DNA of 51,090 bases from the NCBI GenBank assembly GCA_964499775.1, contig CAZCMK010000007.1, forward strand, positions 1-51,090, given 5' to 3'. The DNA is from an uncultured Dehalococcoidales bacterium. GTDB taxonomy: Bacteria; Chloroflexota; Dehalococcoidia; Dehalococcoidales; UBA2162. Position numbers and translations under genes: made by a program. This document shows positions 47,075-51,090 of the stretch, piece after piece (position 1 is the first letter of the stretch; every line of letters begins with the position of its first letter). A model generated the notes under the pieces. The model had not been told where the DNA came from, made no database searches, and worked only from the letters and a program-made list of their open reading frames with translations.

Positions 47075-47680
47075 ATGGAAATAACATCGATTATTCTGGC
47101 CGGCGGGAAAAATCTGCGGCTGGGAAGAAGCAAAGCCCTGGAAGTTATCAATGGTAAGAGTCTCGTTGAACGGGTTATAGAGCGGCTCGCACCGCTTTCC
47201 AGCCGGATTCTGGTTGTAACCTCTGGGGAACAGTTCGAACTCCCGGGTAACCATCCGGCGGAAATATTTGAAGATGTATATCCTGAAAGGGGACCTATCG
47301 GAGGCTTGTACACCGGCTTGATGGCTTCGAAATCGCAGACGAATATCGTCGTCGCCTGTGATATGCCCTTTCTGAATACGGAGTTGTTGAGTTACATGGT
47401 CGGTCTATCGAGTGACTTCGATGCGGTTGTGCCACGGGTGGAAAAAGGGATGATAGAGCCGCTTCACGCCGTGTATTCCAGTAATTGCCTGAGTACAATT
47501 GGAAAACAAATGGAGAATAACCATTTGAGTATCCATGCTTTTCTCGATAAGGTACATGTCAGGTATATAGAGCGGACGGAAAGCGAAAAACTGGACCCGC
47601 AGCTATTATCCTTCTTTAACATAAACTACCAGTCAGACCTCGACCGGGCTATCGACCTGGCCGAGAAATACGGGATTTAA
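47075..47680 (+). CDS. mobA: molybdenum cofactor guanylyltransferase
   Basis: MEITSIILAGGKNLRLGRSKAL... MobA-like NTP-transferase fold. 201 aa. Confidence 0.85.
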   Translation: MEITSIILAGGKNLRLGRSKALEVINGKSLVERVIERLAPLSSRILVVTSGEQFELPGNHPAEIFEDVYPERGPIGGLYTGLMASKSQTNIVVACDMPFLNTELLSYMVGLSSDFDAVVPRVEKGMIEPLHAVYSSNCLSTIGKQMENNHLSIHAFLDKVHVRYIERTESEKLDPQLLSFFNINYQSDLDRAIDLAEKYGI

Positions 47681-47742
47681 CGAAGTAATCTTTTTCTGAA
47701 TATCATTATTTCCACGCTATATCACCGGTAACGCTTTTATGG

Positions 47743-47771
47743 TTGACAGTTGTCCAATATATCGCTATAAT
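47743..47771 (+). promoter_or_regulatory. perfect sigma70 consensus promoter (TTGACA-N17-TATAAT)
   Basis: TTGACA at 47743-47748, 17-nt spacer, TATAAT at 47766-47771, 49 nt before the TTG at 47820. Confidence 0.6.
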
Positions 47772-47819
47772 GTGGACTACTGACACACGGTTCGGGGGTG
47801 CGTTATCTATAGTGTCCTC

Positions 47820-48173
47820 TTGGTGGGAGATAAGCCTTTCTTCGGGTCTATAATCACCTATACCTTGATTAAAGCAGACCTCGAAGTAAACGGGGTTTCA
47901 GATTACTCCGAAGCTGTATCGAAGTTGGGTGAGTCCAGACACGACATTGCTATAATAAAACTGGATACGCTATCGGCAGACGACCTGGAAGCTTGTTCTT
48001 TTTTACATAACAAATTTAATATCCCTGTTATTATACTGGGAAAGGAACAGGGTGATTGGGTCTGGGAAAAAGCCGTAGAAGCGGGGGTCGACCATTACGT
48101 ACAGGAGCCAGTTAGCGGAGTCGAATTAGCAGCAAGAATCAGGGCTATATTAAGGCGTTACAAAAAAGACTGA
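47820..48173 (+). CDS. degenerate receiver (CheY-like) domain protein, possibly a pseudo-receiver or pseudogene
   Basis: Receiver-like layout: ...LLVGDKPFF.., IAIIKLD (acceptor Asp kept), VIILG (T/S replaced by G), YVQEP (K replaced by E). The only starts are TTG 47820 or GTG 47823, which cut off strand beta-1 (VIYSVLL is encoded upstream in frame, after TGA 47781). Confidence 0.45.
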   Translation: MVGDKPFFGSIITYTLIKADLEVNGVSDYSEAVSKLGESRHDIAIIKLDTLSADDLEACSFLHNKFNIPVIILGKEQGDWVWEKAVEAGVDHYVQEPVSGVELAARIRAILRRYKKD

Positions 48174-48280
48174 TCTACAATAATCCGTTCTCTTTATTCT
48201 GTTTTCCTCTACACATTTGTAGCTGTTTTCAATGTCAAATTAGTTTCAGGCGTGTCTTAAATCAATATCCCCGTATTTCC

Positions 48281-48309
48281 TTGATATTTATACTTGAATC
48301 AATTAGCAT
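48281..48309 (+). promoter_or_regulatory. promoter candidate for ccdA (TTGATA-N17-TAGCAT)
   Basis: -35 at 48281-48286, 17-nt spacer, -10 at 48304-48309. Would give a very short leader before ATG 48330. Confidence 0.3.
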
Positions 48310-48329
48310 GGTATTAGAAGTTTATTTTT

Positions 48330-49037
48330 ATGATAGAGAGCGCTTCACTATTAGCCGCTACTGGTATCGCCTTTGTTGCCGGACTGGTAAGCTTCCTTTC
48401 ACCCTGTGTGTTACCTCTGGCGCCGGTATATCTCGCCAGCCTTGCCGGGCCCGGGGTGCTCGATGCCGGGACTAAGAAAAAACGGCTTCCTATATTCCTT
48501 CACTCCCTGAGCTTCGTAATTGGATTAACCATAATATTTAGTCTCTGGGGTGCTGGAGCGGGACTTATCGGTTCCGTCCTTGCCGCTTACACTGCGGTAA
48601 TACGACAGGTAGTAGGTATTCTACTTATACTTTTCGGTTTAGTTATGCTGGCGGCGTTAAAGATTCCCTGGCTGAACTATGAAAGGCGGCTTGCCCCTTC
48701 TCTGGGTACCACCAGCGGTTATCTGCGGTCATTCTTAACGGGGAGTATATTTTGCTTTGCCTGGACTCCGTGCCTGAGCTGGCAGATGACGGGTATTCTC
48801 TCCCTGGCGGGAAGTACCGGAACGGTATGGCGCGGCACCTATCTGCTGGCGATATATTCTCTGGGTCTGGGAATCCCGTTTTTGCTAATGGGCGCAGCTT
48901 TCGATATTATCGCGCCTTTGCTGAGAAAAATAGGCCGATACTCGAACTGGATCTATATTATCAGCGGCCTGTTGCTTATCACGCTGGGGATTCTTATCCT
49001 GACCAATAATATGAACTGGTTTTTAGGTGTGATTTAA
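48330..49037 (+). CDS. ccdA: cytochrome c biogenesis / thiol:disulfide electron transporter CcdA (DsbD family)
   Basis: Six hydrophobic segments, first-helix motif SFLSPCVLPLAPVYL, second Cys in FCFAWTPCLS. Confidence 0.88.
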   Translation: MIESASLLAATGIAFVAGLVSFLSPCVLPLAPVYLASLAGPGVLDAGTKKKRLPIFLHSLSFVIGLTIIFSLWGAGAGLIGSVLAAYTAVIRQVVGILLILFGLVMLAALKIPWLNYERRLAPSLGTTSGYLRSFLTGSIFCFAWTPCLSWQMTGILSLAGSTGTVWRGTYLLAIYSLGLGIPFLLMGAAFDIIAPLLRKIGRYSNWIYIISGLLLITLGILILTNNMNWFLGVI

Positions 49038-49066
49038 AGGTACAATCATACTGGAGGGTCCGAATA

Positions 49067-49579
49067 ATGAAAAAATTGCCGGGTATAGTATTATTGCTGG
49101 TACTGGCTTTTATGTTGCTGTTTGCGGGGTGTACCGATGAGGGAGGGGGGGTGGCACCCAAGGTTGGTTTGCGGGCACCCGACTTCCAGTTGCAGGATAT
49201 GTCCGGGCAGACTGTTTCCCTGAGCGATTTCCGCGGAAAACCGGTGTTACTGAATTTCTGGGCGACCTGGTGCGGTCCATGTCGCGGTGAAATGCCGTAT
49301 ATGGAACAGGTATATAGAGAGTGGAAAAGCCTGGGACTGGTGTTATATGCCGTTAATATCGGCGAGAGTGCCTCGCAGGTCAGCGATTTCCTGGATTATT
49401 ACATTCTGACCATGCCAGTCCTGCTCGATACCGGACAGGCGACAGCCACAAAATATGGTATAACCGGTATCCCTACTACCTACTTTATCGATAAGGATGG
49501 TATAATTCGGGGGAAGGTAATCGGGGCTTTCCCGGATAAAGAAAGTATCGAGCCATATATTCGAGAGATAGTCCGATAA
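49067..49579 (+). CDS. TlpA/ResA-like thioredoxin-fold lipoprotein
   Basis: Lipobox LLFAGC. WATWCGPCRGEMP CxxC active site. GIPTTYFID cis-Pro loop. Confidence 0.88.
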   Translation: MKKLPGIVLLLVLAFMLLFAGCTDEGGGVAPKVGLRAPDFQLQDMSGQTVSLSDFRGKPVLLNFWATWCGPCRGEMPYMEQVYREWKSLGLVLYAVNIGESASQVSDFLDYYILTMPVLLDTGQATATKYGITGIPTTYFIDKDGIIRGKVIGAFPDKESIEPYIREIVR

Positions 49580-49628
49580 TTGGTGTGCAAGCTGTAAAAC
49601 TAAGGTGTGAAATGAAGGAGGTTGGAGT

Positions 49629-49934
49629 ATGGGGGATGCTTTTAACGAAGCATACGGGATAGTCCAGTGTAAGGAGTGTCCCTGGTATAAGTCCTGCGTA
49701 ATGCCGATGAAATTCACGGCGGAGGATATCCGCCGGCAGATAGAATCGTCACCGGGGATGAATGCCTCAGCGCAGGCTGATCTGGGTATAGAAAACCTGC
49801 TGTCCAGCATGGCGTCCGCCGCCCAGAACTCGTTACTGGAGGGCTGTCCCATCTTTATCGAACGTCTACGGGCAAATCCGGACCTTGCCCAGCGTATAAA
49901 GCAGATGATGCAGAACTGGGCAAAAGAAGAGTAA
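49629..49934 (+). CDS. small 4-Cys hypothetical protein
   Basis: 101-aa ORF with strong SD (GAAGGAGGT). CKECPWYKSC plus a distal EGCP. No family recognised. Confidence 0.6.
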   Translation: MGDAFNEAYGIVQCKECPWYKSCVMPMKFTAEDIRRQIESSPGMNASAQADLGIENLLSSMASAAQNSLLEGCPIFIERLRANPDLAQRIKQMMQNWAKEE

Positions 49935-49991
49935 CGGCGCCGTTACAGAATTCCTGTATATGAATAATACGAATAGATACGGTGGGGAGTA

Positions 49992-51090
49992 GTGTCTGAA
50001 GATACCGATATAAAAAAGAAACAACTGGCTGAACTGCAGGAGCGCCGCGAAAAAGTGGAGGAAATGGGCGGAAGCGACCGCGTGGAAGCGCAGAAGAAGA
50101 GAGGCAAGCTGACGGCGCGGGAACGGATAGACGCTCTGCTGGATAAAAACACCTTCCGCGAGACCGGTATGTTCGCTAAAAGCAGGGGGGCGGTTGCCGA
50201 TATTCCGGCTGACGGCGTGATTACCGGCTACGGTAAAATCGACGGCAGAAAGGTGTATGTATACTCGCAGGACTTCACCAGCACCGGCGGCACGCTGTCC
50301 GAAATACACGCTCAAAAGATATGTACCATACTGGACAGCGCCATGAAGACAGGCTGTCCGGTAATCGGTATGAACGATTCCGGCGGTGCAAGGATTCAGG
50401 ACGGCGTGGATGCCCTCGCCGGTTACGGGAAGATATTTTTCAGAAACACGATGGCTTCCGGAGTTATCCCCCAGATATGCACTATCCTGGGACCGAACGC
50501 CGGAGGCGCCGTTTATTCTCCGGCTCTGATGGACTTCATATTCATGGTAAAAGGCATAAGCTTCGCCTATATCACCGGACCGCGGGTTGTCCAGTCCGTA
50601 ATGGGACAGGAAGTGAGTGATGAGGAACTGGGCGGCGCTACGGTTGCGCAGAAAAAAGCTGGTGTCGCTTCCCGCTCCGAGAACAGTGAAGAAGAGTGTT
50701 TTCAGAACATCAGGGAACTGCTTTCATATCTGCCGTCGAACAACCGGGAGAAACCTCCCAGGGTCGACTGGGGAGATAAGCCCGACCGTACCGATGATTC
50801 CCTATTCGATGTTGTTCCGGCGGCTCCGAACAAGCCCTATGACATGCACAAGATAATTGCCAGTGTTTTCGACCAGCGGAAAGAGGGACTTAACTATTTC
50901 GAGCTGTTCCCCATGTTCGCTACCAACATCATAACCTGTTTCTCCAGGCTGGATGGGTGGACGGTGGGCATAATAGCCAACCAGCCGATGTCGAAGGCGG
51001 GATGCCTGGATATCGACGCCAGCGACAAGGCGTCCCGGTTTATCAGGTTCTGCGATGCTTTTAACATACCGATTATCAACCTGGTCGATG
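49992..51090 (+). CDS. acyl-CoA carboxylase carboxyltransferase subunit (propionyl-CoA carboxylase beta / methylmalonyl-CoA carboxyltransferase family), 3' end beyond window
   Basis: Own translation from GTG 49992: ...RGKLTARERIDALLDKNTF...GYGKIDGRKVYVYSQDFTSTGGTLSE...VIGMNDSGGARIQDGVDALAGYG...GPNAGGAVYSPALMDF...IIANQPMSKAGCLDIDASDKASRFIRFCDAFNIPIINLVD. Open to the window edge, so it is absent from the ORF track. Confidence 0.9.
   Translation, partial: MSEDTDIKKKQLAELQERREKVEEMGGSDRVEAQKKRGKLTARERIDALLDKNTFRETGMFAKSRGAVADIPADGVITGYGKIDGRKVYVYSQDFTSTGGTLSEIHAQKICTILDSAMKTGCPVIGMNDSGGARIQDGVDALAGYGKIFFRNTMASGVIPQICTILGPNAGGAVYSPALMDFIFMVKGISFAYITGPRVVQSVMGQEVSDEELGGATVAQKKAGVASRSENSEEECFQNIRELLSYLPSNNREKPPRVDWGDKPDRTDDSLFDVVPAAPNKPYDMHKIIASVFDQRKEGLNYFELFPMFATNIITCFSRLDGWTVGIIANQPMSKAGCLDIDASDKASRFIRFCDAFNIPIINLVD

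Overview
Gene-dense chromosomal window (over 90% coding, about 50% GC by eye) from an anaerobic-looking bacterium. Gene content suggests a Chloroflexota/Dehalococcoidia-like lineage, but I cannot verify taxonomy without a search. 1-29.9 kb holds housekeeping genes on both strands: secA, prs, glyA, family-4 UDG, RNase J, ftsK, uvrB, ruvA-ruvC-yebC, and two archaeal-type GlmU-like paralogs plus glmS. Three short, visibly AT-rich islets interrupt them, each carrying a defence-type gene: a type II R-M pair (MvaI/BcnI-like endonuclease plus SPPY methyltransferase, 1.0-2.75 kb), a pentapeptide-repeat/TIR protein (15.8-16.6 kb) and a HEPN Rx4H protein (21.9-22.8 kb). 29.9-47.7 kb is one co-directional 17.6-kb Wood-Ljungdahl supercluster: cooC, fhs, second cooC/acsF, folD, small ORF, acsD, acsA, acsB, acsC, acsE, [NiFe]-hydrogenase small and large subunits, metV, metF, DUF3786-like, mobA. 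The most unusual feature is this hydrogenase. It has no signal peptide, its large subunit ends exactly at the histidine of DPCxxCxxH, and it sits between acsE and metVF, where acetogens carry HdrABC-MvhD or RnfC2. That makes it a candidate hydrogenase-coupled methylene-THF reductase module (hypothesis only). 47.7-51.1 kb holds a degenerate receiver-like ORF behind a perfect sigma70 consensus promoter, a CcdA-TlpA thiol-redox pair, a small 4-Cys ORF and the 5' part of an acyl-CoA carboxyltransferase. Intergenic DNA carries two families of GC-rich palindromic repeats, one of which forms a conserved module upstream of several genes. I recognised no rRNA, tRNA, CRISPR array, transposase or integrase.
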